This document shows, in pieces, positions 53,844 through 63,674 of a stretch of DNA of 64,000 nucleotides. Location of the stretch: the IMG/VR virus record IMGVR_UViG_3300027672_001612, positions 1 to 64,000 of that record, one strand, 5' to 3'. How positions within the stretch are numbered: position 1 is the stretch's first letter; every line of letters begins with the position of its first letter. Source of the stretch: a virus (lineage: Duplodnaviria; Caudoviricetes). Below the pieces are notes generated by a model. That model was given only the letters and a program-made list of their open reading frames with translations. It was not told the DNA's origin and searched no databases. The translations under genes were made by a program, and so were the position numbers.

Positions 53844-54272
53844 ATGGTACAACGAAAAACAAACAATGGACAAATAATTGACTTCGATTCTATGATCGGA
53901 CAGGGTGATGAGATTGCTATTGGCAATATGAACGTAAATGCTAGAGGCGATGTGCTAGGCAAAGATGGCGAAGTAGTCACTAAAGCTGAAGACAGAGTAA
54001 GAGCATATTACGAAGATAATCCAATGAGCAGTACGGCATCAGTAAGTCCTAAGGGTGCTATGCCAGATGTAGAACCTCAAGCAAAGTCAGAAATGGACCC
54101 TACACCAAAAACTGCTAAAGCACAGAAAACTGAAGCAGACCAAAGTGTTATGGGACAAACAGCAGAGCCTGTAGAACAAGAAAGAGTTATTGCTAGTTAC
54201 AAAGAAGTAGAACAAGAAAATGGCGATATCGAAATGGTTCCAGTTTACGAAGACGATTGGGAAGACGAATAA
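53844..54272 (+). CDS. Conserved jumbo-phage hypothetical protein
   Basis: AIGNMNVNARGDVLG motif. Confidence 0.7.
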   Translation: MVQRKTNNGQIIDFDSMIGQGDEIAIGNMNVNARGDVLGKDGEVVTKAEDRVRAYYEDNPMSSTASVSPKGAMPDVEPQAKSEMDPTPKTAKAQKTEADQSVMGQTAEPVEQERVIASYKEVEQENGDIEMVPVYEDDWEDE

Positions 54273-54275
54273 ATA

Positions 54276-54677
54276 ATGCCTAAAATTACAGCATACAAAG
54301 ATAACATTCTATGCATTGACGGAGACTTTGGTAATAAAACTACAGAGTCAGGGATCATTGTAAAATCAACTATTGGATCAGACGAAGGGATTGCACCTCG
54401 TTGGTTTCAAGCATTTGACATAGGTCCAGAGATTGATTGGATTAAACCAGGTCAATGGTTATATGTTTCTTATGGTAGATGGACAGAAGGATTTAGTGTG
54501 CCAGACGATAGATTAGAAGAAGGCGCAAAAATTTGGAAAGTTGATCCTGAAGCATGTATGATGATATCAGATACAAATCCAACATCCGGTGTTCTAAACA
54601 TTGGTAAAGTAGAAACATTCAAGCCAGACCAAATGAGTACTGGCTATGTAGATGCAGAGTCAGGACAATTACAATAA
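54276..54677 (+). CDS. GroES-like co-chaperonin
   Basis: DNILC...TTESGII...IGPE...KPGQW. Confidence 0.75.
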   Translation: MPKITAYKDNILCIDGDFGNKTTESGIIVKSTIGSDEGIAPRWFQAFDIGPEIDWIKPGQWLYVSYGRWTEGFSVPDDRLEEGAKIWKVDPEACMMISDTNPTSGVLNIGKVETFKPDQMSTGYVDAESGQLQ

Positions 54678-54678
54678 A

Positions 54679-54849
54679 ATGAAATTCACAGAACACAAAG
54701 AACGCACAGGATTATCCACAGCCGGACTTGCTGGTGTAACAATATTAGCAGGTGTTATTTTTGGTGGCTTAAATCCGTGGTGGCTAATTGCTAGTATATT
54801 ACTATTGTTAATGGGTACGGGTTTAGAATCCGGACAGCGTAAAGATTAA
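54679..54849 (+). CDS. Small two-TM protein
   Basis: Hydrophobic hairpin. Confidence 0.6.
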   Translation: MKFTEHKERTGLSTAGLAGVTILAGVIFGGLNPWWLIASILLLLMGTGLESGQRKD

Positions 54850-55919
54850 CTATACGTTACAGTAACAGTGACTTCACCTTGTGAGGCACTATTAACAGTT
54901 AAGTAAGCAAGTATATTAGTATCAGCTTCAGCAGTGTACACATAGTTAGGTGTACTTTCATATGGTACTGAAACATCTTCTAAATCACTCTCATCAGCAG
55001 TCATTAACCTATCAGCATCTCCACCGTCACCAACAGTAACTATTGGAGTTGTACCATCAAATGCAGTTGTGGCATTTACTGTAACACTAGTAATTTTACT
55101 ACCCTTACTAATATTACCTAATACAACACTGCCAGTACCCATTGAATAGTTAAACGTTGCTGTGTATGTACCAGCATCAGTAGTGGCACTATCGGCTGTT
55201 CCAATTAGTGTAAGATGACTTGCTATACTTGGATCTGCTTGACCGGCTATGTATAATCTATACTCACCGTCACCGCCATCATCAACTTTAACAAAGTCGC
55301 CTGTTTCAATATCACTAGCGGCGTATAAGGCTGTTAGGTTAGCATAGTTTCTATAAACCATACTTGAACCAGTTGAAGTAACACCAGTGTTACCAACGTA
55401 CCTTGCGCCTGAAACATAAATTACGTTACCGCTTGAAGTGCCTATAGCACTAGGAAGGTTATCACCAATAAAGTTTAATATTCCTGATTGGTAATCAAAG
55501 AACCATTCATCACTTGAACCTGATCCAGTTTCAAATAATTGTGTTCCGTTTGTTTGGACATCCGCTGTGCTTGTAGGAGCCGCATATACTTTTAACTGAT
55601 ATGTTGCACCAAACCCAGGTGGTATCCAATTTGTTGTGTTTGTTTTCCAAGTTCTGTTATCACTTGAACTACCATCTTCTACTATCTCTAATGCGTCACT
55701 AACAGCATCAGTATAAACTACTGCTATGCTACTGTTCGCCGCTGGTATAACTGACGTTATACTTGTACTTTGATTCCAAATATCGGAATCTTTAATAATT
55801 AAACTTGATGCTACTGGTTCGTTAGGTGCCTTTTTACTTGCATTGGTATCAGTCTTTGCTTTACCAAATCCTATCTTTTTCCAAAGTAAATCAATTTTTT
55901 GACTGTCTGAAATTGCCAT
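54846..55919 (-). CDS. Virion structural protein
   Basis: QKIDLLWKK, WFFDYQSGILNF, ARYVG; C-terminal domain shared with 3573-4160. Confidence 0.75.
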   Translation of the reverse strand: MAISDSQKIDLLWKKIGFGKAKTDTNASKKAPNEPVASSLIIKDSDIWNQSTSITSVIPAANSSIAVVYTDAVSDALEIVEDGSSSDNRTWKTNTTNWIPPGFGATYQLKVYAAPTSTADVQTNGTQLFETGSGSSDEWFFDYQSGILNFIGDNLPSAIGTSSGNVIYVSGARYVGNTGVTSTGSSMVYRNYANLTALYAASDIETGDFVKVDDGGDGEYRLYIAGQADPSIASHLTLIGTADSATTDAGTYTATFNYSMGTGSVVLGNISKGSKITSVTVNATTAFDGTTPIVTVGDGGDADRLMTADESDLEDVSVPYESTPNYVYTAEADTNILAYLTVNSASQGEVTVTVTYS

Positions 55920-58537
55920 TATGCTATACTCAACGAAGTTAGGGAGTCACCAGACTCCAGTTTTATACGCACTAGTATGTTATTACCAAAACTGTTCGTA
56001 GCGTTTTGGTCACCTAGCGTTAGAGTGAATGTATCACTGTTGTAAGTTGTATTGTCTATAATTCTGTCTCCAGAAGTAAATGCACAACCATCTGATCCGT
56101 TACCACCTGCTCCTGTGTTTCCACCTGGAGTACCAGCACCACCATAAGTAGTACCAGCTGATAACCAACCGTTTAAATTACTTGCGGCATCAATGCTTGT
56201 TGCCGGAGCCGCTACAAAGAACCCACTGACCTTACCAGTAAGTGTTACAACAAAGTTAGCCATTGTAGTTCTTCTGAATGCAAAAGTAAAGTATTGTGCT
56301 CCACTTCTACCTGCGTTTAAGTCTGGTCCTGCGGGCAAATATGCTGTGCCACTAAGGTCAGTAACAAAATGCTTAATTGTTCCCCACCTATTTACTGCTT
56401 CTAGTGTGCCAGCGATTGTTTGTGTTCCTGTCCATGCACTACCTGTGTAATAGTTAGTACTAGAACTAAATGTTGGATTGTCTGTAGTTGGGAAACCTGT
56501 AATACGTTTTCCATCATCATTAAAGCCTGCACCTAAACTGTCTGCAACTGCAATAGCTTCTTCATTAATTCCTGTATTGCCGTTCCATGCTTGGATGTAT
56601 TTTGCATTAAGTTCTGCATAATTTCCGTTACCGTTAACATTAAACATTCTTGTTTTAAGTTGTTCAATACCAATTCCGCCACCGTTAACATTAATTGTTA
56701 AGTTGCCTAATGAATATGCAGTACCAGCCGTTTTACCAGTGTTTACATCTGGAATACCACCTGTTAAGTATGATGCTCCGCCTTGTATTTGTGCGTATGT
56801 TTTATATTGTGTTCCAATTACTGTGCCAGTAGTACCTTCTTGGTTAGTACCGTTTGTAATTTGTAATGGAGTACTTGATTGAGCGTATGTTTGACCAATC
56901 CAATCGTATGCTGTAAGTCCAGCTAATGTTAGTGTAGCATCGTTAGTGTAGTAAGGAACGCCTGATACATATCTTAATGTGCCGGGAGTTGCTTGAACTA
57001 ACGTAGCGGCAGATGTATTAACAACTGCTAATGATTCAACATCATCTTTTACAAACTCTAGTGTATTGGTTGATCCCAATGTATGCTGTAGTTTGTAAGC
57101 ATGTGATCCTGCTACAATGCCAACTGTACTTTTTGTAATTCTAGCTTTATAACCTTTGTTTAGTCCTGGGCTATATATTGAACTATTAAAACTTGTACTA
57201 GTTCCGTCTTGTCCAAAAAATTGAAAATCGTCTTCTTCAGTAAGTTGTAATGAAGCATTGGTTCCACTGTCATCACTTCCTGTTAGTGTAATAGCTCCGT
57301 CTGCCGAACCATCAACTATTGCAGTTAATGTGCCTGCATCACCGTTGTATGTTAATTCTGATAATGTATTTGAATTAGTAACAGACCCTGCACTTGCGTT
57401 TGTGATTCTTGTTACGCTGTCTCCAGCTGTCAATGTTCCTGATCCAAAGTTATTAGTAAAGCCAGCAGTTAGTCTAGGTGAACTACCTGAACTGCTCTCA
57501 CCAAATGATATTGACTTATTACCTAAGTGTTCTGGAGCCGTTGGTGCTGTTGCGTAAACTTTAATTTGGTCTGAACTTGTATCTCCAACTTCGCCTGGAT
57601 CTGCTGTACTATGTGCAGTCTGCGTTAATGTAATTGTATTTCTGCTTGAACCTGTGTCACTACCGTATGTGTGACTTGCTCTTGCTTGACCAACATCTCC
57701 TGCGGCGCCACTGGCTACTGAATCAGTAGTTCCATCGCCCCAGTTAATTGTGTAAGTACATGTTGCACTAGCTGAGTTGGTTGTTGTGTTATCTAAGTAT
57801 AATGTTTCTCCTGCACTAATCTCTCTATTGTTACCACTTAATGCACTACCGCCAGCACTAGTTGTAAATATGTTAAAGTTTGCATTTGGAGTTGCAGTAT
57901 ATAATGTTATTAAATCTGTTTTAGTTACAGTTGCAAAACTACCTTCGCCTGAACCACTTGTATTTCTTGCTGTGATTACTAGGTCATATGGTGAGTTTGA
58001 ATTATCTGTATAAGTATGACTTGGAGTACTATCTGATGTTGCAGTTGTTGTGTTTCCATCTCCCCAAACTATGTCATACTGGTTAGCATTACCAACTACT
58101 GAGAGTGTTAGTGTTACTGTTAGTGGATCACCACCTGAACTTACACTAGATGTAGCATCTACACTTTTAACGTAAGTATTGTTTCTAATGTTTTCCATTG
58201 TTTCATTCAATCTATCAATGGATTCTGTAACTGATGTGGAACTAGTTAACGTAGTAACTGCGCCTGGACTAGCCAAGTCTCCGTCACCGCCTGTTCCTAA
58301 TGTAATATTATATGCGTTTGTAGTACTAACTGCTAATGCAGTTTCCATCTGTTGTTTACTAACAGCGTCTGTGCCTATTACACCATCTGCTATTCTAACA
58401 TTTGCTAGTGTTGTACCATCGTTCGCCATCACCTGCATTGAGCTTGTTGATGCGTTGGCAACCAGTTTAGGTCCTCTCTTTCCGAATTGTAAGTCTGTGC
58501 TTACACCTTTCTGTCCAAATCTATTTTCGTTAGCCAA
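55919..58537 (-). CDS. Large tail/appendage protein with two PKD domains
   Basis: WGDG..PSHTY and WGDG..SHTY PKD motifs; very Thr/Gly/Ser-rich; TAAATA upstream. Confidence 0.8.
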   Translation of the reverse strand: MANENRFGQKGVSTDLQFGKRGPKLVANASTSSMQVMANDGTTLANVRIADGVIGTDAVSKQQMETALAVSTTNAYNITLGTGGDGDLASPGAVTTLTSSTSVTESIDRLNETMENIRNNTYVKSVDATSSVSSGGDPLTVTLTLSVVGNANQYDIVWGDGNTTTATSDSTPSHTYTDNSNSPYDLVITARNTSGSGEGSFATVTKTDLITLYTATPNANFNIFTTSAGGSALSGNNREISAGETLYLDNTTTNSASATCTYTINWGDGTTDSVASGAAGDVGQARASHTYGSDTGSSRNTITLTQTAHSTADPGEVGDTSSDQIKVYATAPTAPEHLGNKSISFGESSSGSSPRLTAGFTNNFGSGTLTAGDSVTRITNASAGSVTNSNTLSELTYNGDAGTLTAIVDGSADGAITLTGSDDSGTNASLQLTEEDDFQFFGQDGTSTSFNSSIYSPGLNKGYKARITKSTVGIVAGSHAYKLQHTLGSTNTLEFVKDDVESLAVVNTSAATLVQATPGTLRYVSGVPYYTNDATLTLAGLTAYDWIGQTYAQSSTPLQITNGTNQEGTTGTVIGTQYKTYAQIQGGASYLTGGIPDVNTGKTAGTAYSLGNLTINVNGGGIGIEQLKTRMFNVNGNGNYAELNAKYIQAWNGNTGINEEAIAVADSLGAGFNDDGKRITGFPTTDNPTFSSSTNYYTGSAWTGTQTIAGTLEAVNRWGTIKHFVTDLSGTAYLPAGPDLNAGRSGAQYFTFAFRRTTMANFVVTLTGKVSGFFVAAPATSIDAASNLNGWLSAGTTYGGAGTPGGNTGAGGNGSDGCAFTSGDRIIDNTTYNSDTFTLTLGDQNATNSFGNNILVRIKLESGDSLTSLSIA

Positions 58538-58595
58538 TTTAAATAACTCCTACAAGTACGATTTCATATGAATGTTCGTTAATGTTATTTATCAC

Positions 58596-58623
58596 TTGAC
58601 ATTCAAAATCTATGTGCTATAAT
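58596..58623 (+). promoter_or_regulatory. sigma70-type promoter
   Basis: TTGACA-N16-TATAAT. Confidence 0.75.
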
Positions 58624-58652
58624 AACAATAAATTGTATTAAAGGAGAACTAT

Positions 58653-58886
58653 ATGCATAACGAGTACAAAACAGCAGGCACGTTTACAAAGAGTGCTAGA
58701 ATCATTAGCGACTACGAAAATGATTTGATTTTTGAACAGCCTAGATTAGGTCTAATGAGTCAAGAATTAGTATCATATGAGAATATTGAAAGTGGTGTGA
58801 AAAGAACTACAGTAACTAGAGTGTTTACCGTTTCTGGCGACTACAACGATCATTCTACAATAACTATATTACCTAAGAGTATTTAA
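58653..58886 (+). CDS. Hypothetical protein
   Basis: AAGGAG SD. Confidence 0.7.
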   Translation: MHNEYKTAGTFTKSARIISDYENDLIFEQPRLGLMSQELVSYENIESGVKRTTVTRVFTVSGDYNDHSTITILPKSI

Positions 58887-58900
58887 GAGGCAAAAAGTAC

Positions 58901-59824
58901 ATGAGAGATTTATGGGTAGAAAAGTATCGACCGGATAACATAGCAGACTATGTGTTCAGAGATGCTAATCAGCAAGGACAAGTTACAGGTTGGATTAAAG
59001 ACGGAGCATTACCACACTTACTATTCAGCGGAGCACCTGGTACTGGAAAAACTACACTTGCAAAAGTGTTGTTGAAGGAACTAGATGTGAATAGTATGGA
59101 CATATTGGAGATAAATGCAAGTAACGAAAACAGCGTAGATACCATTCGAAGCAAGATAACAAACTTTAGTAGCACCATGCCGTTTGGTGATATGAAGTAT
59201 GTATTGCTCGATGAGGCTGATTATATTACCCCTAATGGACAAGCCGCTCTGCGTGGAGTTATGGAAACATACCACACGTCTTGTCGCTTTATCCTAACCT
59301 GTAACTATCCACAACGGATAATTCCGGCACTTCATTCGAGGTGCCAGGGTTTCCACATTAACAAACTAGACATAACAGAGTTCACAGCCAGGATTGCAAC
59401 TATTTGCATTACTGAAGGTGTTGAATGCGATTTAGATACTTTAGACACTTATGTCCAAGCAACATATCCAGATTTGCGTAAAGCTATTAACCTTACACAA
59501 CAAAACGTAGTAGACGGACATTTACAACGTCCACAAGAAGGCGACAGTGGATCAAGCGATTGGATGATTAGTGCTATTGAATTGTTTAAAGCAGGCAATT
59601 ACAAAGAAGCAAGGAACATGATTGTTAGTCAGGCACGACCAGAAGAGTACGAAGACATTTATAGATTCATGTATCGTAACTTAGAACTTTGGGGCGATAC
59701 TGACGGTAAACAAGACCAAGCAATTATTATTATTCGTAATGGTATTGCAAAGTCTATAGCAGTAGCTGACCCAGAAATCAACTTGTCGGCTACTTTAATT
59801 GAATTACAGATAAATAGTATGTGA
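58901..59824 (+). CDS. Clamp loader small subunit (RFC / T4 gp44-like)
   Basis: LWVEKYRP, GAPGTGKTT, INAS, LDEAD, SRC, DLR. Confidence 0.95.
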   Translation: MRDLWVEKYRPDNIADYVFRDANQQGQVTGWIKDGALPHLLFSGAPGTGKTTLAKVLLKELDVNSMDILEINASNENSVDTIRSKITNFSSTMPFGDMKYVLLDEADYITPNGQAALRGVMETYHTSCRFILTCNYPQRIIPALHSRCQGFHINKLDITEFTARIATICITEGVECDLDTLDTYVQATYPDLRKAINLTQQNVVDGHLQRPQEGDSGSSDWMISAIELFKAGNYKEARNMIVSQARPEEYEDIYRFMYRNLELWGDTDGKQDQAIIIIRNGIAKSIAVADPEINLSATLIELQINSM

Positions 59825-60069
59825 TGATAAAGAGAATAATACAGTGGTGGAAAAAGTTAATATACGAAGAGTATGAAGTTACCATATGGTTCAAAAACGG
59901 TAATACGTTTAACATCGGACCTGGTAATGATAAAACTCGTAAGAAGTTTAAACTGAAGTCACTTAAAAAAGTCAGCAACACTCATATTAAGGGCAAAGAC
60001 CTTAACTATAACGAGTGGGAGATTAAAACTGTAGAACCTTTTGATTACAATATTGTTAAGATTTATTAA
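59821..60069 (+). CDS. Hypothetical protein
   Basis: Coupled ORF. Confidence 0.65.
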   Translation: MMIKRIIQWWKKLIYEEYEVTIWFKNGNTFNIGPGNDKTRKKFKLKSLKKVSNTHIKGKDLNYNEWEIKTVEPFDYNIVKIY

Positions 60070-60071
60070 CA

Positions 60072-60668
60072 ATGCTTCTACTCAAAGAACACGAGCTCGA
60101 CAAAAGTCTGAGTGAAGACCATTTTAGCGTACTATTTAATTATGCACAGCATTCCACTACACAGATTCTATTAAACGAATTCATGCAAACAAAGTTTGCA
60201 ACAATCAATGGAGTAAGAAAGCACACGGAAGTGCCTATTCATTTACATGATGTGTTCGATTTACACCCAAGTGGCATGTTACATAAAGCTGGACTAGAAA
60301 TGCAAACTACGGACTTGAGTGATATACATTATCATAGCACAACTCCGTTAGAAGTTGACCAACCAAAAATAGTAGCAGACGGCCCATACGATTTAGTGTA
60401 TGTAAATTTACCATACAAGTTACCACAAAGTCCTAATAGTGTAGACCTAGTTGTCGGAGAGACAATTAAGTTATGGTGGTCAGCAATGGAAGTCGGTGCA
60501 GTAATGATTGTCCCAGATTACAACAAACTTGTTATAAGACGTCAAGTAGATTTATTTTTGCGGACTAGAATGTATAGCAAACATGAAAAATACTTTGATA
60601 CTAATTGGGACCAACCAGATTTAGGCGAAGACCATTTTATGATAGCCATACAGAAAAATGAGATTTAA
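60072..60668 (+). CDS. Methyltransferase-fold-like protein
   Basis: YDLVYVN...GAVMIVPDY. Confidence 0.45.
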   Translation: MLLLKEHELDKSLSEDHFSVLFNYAQHSTTQILLNEFMQTKFATINGVRKHTEVPIHLHDVFDLHPSGMLHKAGLEMQTTDLSDIHYHSTTPLEVDQPKIVADGPYDLVYVNLPYKLPQSPNSVDLVVGETIKLWWSAMEVGAVMIVPDYNKLVIRRQVDLFLRTRMYSKHEKYFDTNWDQPDLGEDHFMIAIQKNEI

Positions 60669-61686
60669 AGAACAAGCAGTAGACATTATTATTGAAGAGC
60701 ATAGTTTTGGCCCATGGCTAAAAGAACTAAAGCCTGAACTTCATATGCAGAAAGTAATGGTTATTGCAAGTAGTAGTATCAATATTGATTTAGTTAAGCA
60801 AGAACTTGCAAAGTGTAGGTTTGAGAACGTAGCATATTTAATAGATAGTTTTGTAGATCCTACTACACAAAGTATTCAACACGCAAACACCATGTTCAAT
60901 CAATCACAATGCGATACTATTATTGCTATAGGCGGAGGCAGTGTAATTGATTTAGCAAAAGGTATAATGTACGAACAAATAGGAAACCATGTTATTTTTA
61001 TAGCATGTCCTACAACGTATGCTGGTACAGAACTTACTAAAGGCTTTATGGTTGTTAGAGATGACTTAACCAAAAAAAGTGTATATGATATAGCAGTACA
61101 GCCAGATGTTATTCTAATTGATCCTATATTGGCACATACTTTACCACACAAAGTTAGTGAAGTAGTAGCACTCGACGCCTTAACGCATTGCTTAGAAGGA
61201 GCGACAAGCAGTCTAGCGAACCCTGTAGCTGATGGTAGTGCATTGTATGGAATACAACTAGCATTGCAACACTTACCCGGAACCATAGACGCTGACTGGC
61301 GTAAAGATATGGCTATAGTTGGGCTACTGGGCAGTAAAGCAATGGACTGTGGCTTAGGGCATATTCATACTATAACGTATGCTATTGCTAATAACACAAA
61401 CTTATCACACGGAGAGCTTAATTGCTTATTTGCTCCGTTTGTTATTGCTAAGACTATTGAGAAAGGCATAGACGAGGGCAAGGATGTTTATAAATTTGTG
61501 GACTTGGATAAAGTGTTAGCAGTTTATAAACATTACATTATAGAATGGGATCTAATAAAACGTTACACTAAAGACCATGAGCCTCGATTTATTGACCAAG
61601 CAGTTAGAGACAGCGGATACATTAGTCACCCTGTTACATTCAGACCACAAGACTTCCAAGATATATTCGACAGCATAATCGGATAG
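60658..61686 (+). CDS. Iron-containing alcohol dehydrogenase family protein
   Basis: IGGGSVIDLAK, PTTYAGTE, DALTHCLE, H..HG. Confidence 0.9.
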   Translation: MRFKEQAVDIIIEEHSFGPWLKELKPELHMQKVMVIASSSINIDLVKQELAKCRFENVAYLIDSFVDPTTQSIQHANTMFNQSQCDTIIAIGGGSVIDLAKGIMYEQIGNHVIFIACPTTYAGTELTKGFMVVRDDLTKKSVYDIAVQPDVILIDPILAHTLPHKVSEVVALDALTHCLEGATSSLANPVADGSALYGIQLALQHLPGTIDADWRKDMAIVGLLGSKAMDCGLGHIHTITYAIANNTNLSHGELNCLFAPFVIAKTIEKGIDEGKDVYKFVDLDKVLAVYKHYIIEWDLIKRYTKDHEPRFIDQAVRDSGYISHPVTFRPQDFQDIFDSIIG

Positions 61687-61707
61687 CCAACTAGAAAGGA
61701 AACATAG

Positions 61708-62520
61708 ATGAGAGTTTTAATATTTGGGTTACCGGGGAGTGGTAAAACATACATAGCAGAACGATTAGCCAAATGCTTTGGCGATAAAGTAGCCTGGTTC
61801 AACGCAGATAAAGTAAGAGAAGAAGCAGACGATTGGGACTTTTCGGACGAAGGTAGACATAGACAAAATCGACGAATGATTGATTTATGTAGTAATGCTG
61901 AACTAGAAGGTAAAGTTGCTATAGCAGACTTTGTAGCACCGTTTGGAAATGCTAGGAATAGATTCCAGGCAGACTACGAAATATTTGTAGACACTATTGA
62001 CGAAGGTAGATTTGAAGATACTAACAATGTTTTTGAAAGACCTACTCCAAGAAACATTACTAACTGGATTTCCTATATTGTAACCGAACAACGTGGCGAG
62101 ACTGATGTTAACATTATTGCTTATGAAATTGGACAAAGATTTATTTGGAACAATCAAGCACCCACAACTCAGATGCTAGGAAGATTTCAACCATGGCATC
62201 CAGGACACCAAGCACTATTTGATAGAGCAATGGCAAAACATGAACAAGTAGTATTGATGGTTAGGGATATGCCAACCGACGAATCTAATCCTTATCCAGC
62301 ACACGAAGTTGTAGAAAACTTACAACAAAATTTATGCAAATATGCTGGCAAAGTTAAAATTGAAGTTGTACCAAATATTTTAAATATTACATATGGTAGA
62401 GCAGTAGGATACAAGATTGAACAAGAAGTGTTCGACGATGCTACACACGATATTAGTGCTACTAAAATTCGTAAGAACAGCACCATCTGGGAATACAAGC
62501 CAAAAAGAAAGGAGACCTAA
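61708..62520 (+). CDS. APS kinase-like domain fused to an HxGH nucleotidylyltransferase
   Basis: GLPGSGKT, NADKVR, DFVAP, FERP; GRFQPWHPGH, ISATKIR. Confidence 0.8.
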   Translation: MRVLIFGLPGSGKTYIAERLAKCFGDKVAWFNADKVREEADDWDFSDEGRHRQNRRMIDLCSNAELEGKVAIADFVAPFGNARNRFQADYEIFVDTIDEGRFEDTNNVFERPTPRNITNWISYIVTEQRGETDVNIIAYEIGQRFIWNNQAPTTQMLGRFQPWHPGHQALFDRAMAKHEQVVLMVRDMPTDESNPYPAHEVVENLQQNLCKYAGKVKIEVVPNILNITYGRAVGYKIEQEVFDDATHDISATKIRKNSTIWEYKPKRKET

Positions 62521-62557
62521 GTCTCCCTTCTCGGTTTACATTTGTAAAAGCAATCCG

Positions 62558-62788
62558 TTACTTTTTAAACAAATGGTATAACACAAAAGCACCTACGAGA
62601 CCTAGCAATCCTTCCGCTGATAGTCCTTTCAGTATACCCATAACATTATCTACTACACTTATCTCGGGCCAGAATGGAATTCCCACTCCGCCGAATAATA
62701 CTTCTAGTATAATGCCTAGTGCTAAAACAGATAAACCTGTCTGTGTCAAACTGTGAGCCCAATCACCCACCTTTTTAATTATATCCAT
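62558..62788 (-). CDS. Small membrane protein
   Basis: Two hydrophobic segments; GGAG SD. Confidence 0.7.
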   Translation of the reverse strand: MDIIKKVGDWAHSLTQTGLSVLALGIILEVLFGGVGIPFWPEISVVDNVMGILKGLSAEGLLGLVGAFVLYHLFKK

Positions 62789-62911
62789 ATAATATTCTCC
62801 CAATGGCTATTATATAAGCCACTAATATTTACGCCAGTAAGATAAGGATTAACTACTGCTTTAAGTTAAATAAGTACTTTAACCCACAAAGCACTAGGAT
62901 AACTACAAAAA

Positions 62912-63469
62912 ATGTTAATAGATGAAACAGAAATCCCGGATCCAGAGAATATCGCCCTTGAAGGGTACGATGAAGCTGTTTTGAAAATATTGCATCATTT
63001 TGCTTATGACCGAGAAAATATTGCATGTGTGGAATTCGGGAGAGGCAACGGAAAATTAATTGCATGGTTCGACAGACATTGTCTAGAAACCGGTGGTAAA
63101 ACTGTTGCATTAGAAGATTGGAATCAGACTATATTTCAGGCTGATAAACAACTATATGATGATGTAGATGTGCTAGAGTGGAACGCATTTGGCGGCAATA
63201 TTCTAGAAAAACAGTTTGATTTTATATACTGTTCTCTACCTAATCAAATTCCTGGACTCAGTAATGAGATGTTCCAAGACAGACTTAACGAAGCATTTGT
63301 GAAGTTAAAAAATATGCTGAGTGAAGGTGGCATATTAGTTACTACAGACTACAATGTAATAACTATTAAAAAAGCAGTGGCACATATAGACATGCCAAGG
63401 TGGCCATACATAAACACATCCACATTAGAAGATCCAGAATACTATTTGTGTGTAATGCATAATGGATAA
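62912..63469 (+). CDS. Class I SAM methyltransferase-like protein
   Basis: VEFGRGNG, FDFIY, LSEGGILVTTDY. Confidence 0.6.
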   Translation: MLIDETEIPDPENIALEGYDEAVLKILHHFAYDRENIACVEFGRGNGKLIAWFDRHCLETGGKTVALEDWNQTIFQADKQLYDDVDVLEWNAFGGNILEKQFDFIYCSLPNQIPGLSNEMFQDRLNEAFVKLKNMLSEGGILVTTDYNVITIKKAVAHIDMPRWPYINTSTLEDPEYYLCVMHNG

Positions 63470-63674
63470 CTTGGTAAGTGATTTATTAAGAGAGCCTGAG
63501 TTTAAGCCTAGTGGGTTTGTTTATAAACATATTGCTGGAGGAAATCCAGATCCTATAAGAGCAGTACAAAGTGCAGTAGACCGAATGAGGGAACTTCACG
63601 ATATAGAAGATCATCAATTCGGCCCACTGTGTGAAAAATTACTAGTTGAGCTTAATAGGCTTTGTAAATCTTAA
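63462..63674 (+). CDS. Hypothetical protein
   Basis: Coupled ORF. Confidence 0.5.
   Translation: MDNLVSDLLREPEFKPSGFVYKHIAGGNPDPIRAVQSAVDRMRELHDIEDHQFGPLCEKLLVELNRLCKS

Noticed and set aside
1503-63110. Numerous antisense or nested ORFs in the track (e.g. 10948-11643, 11934-12431, 47809-48273, 56193-58571, 62853-63110)
   Set aside because: They are shadows of well-supported genes on the other strand or frame, with no motifs or SD
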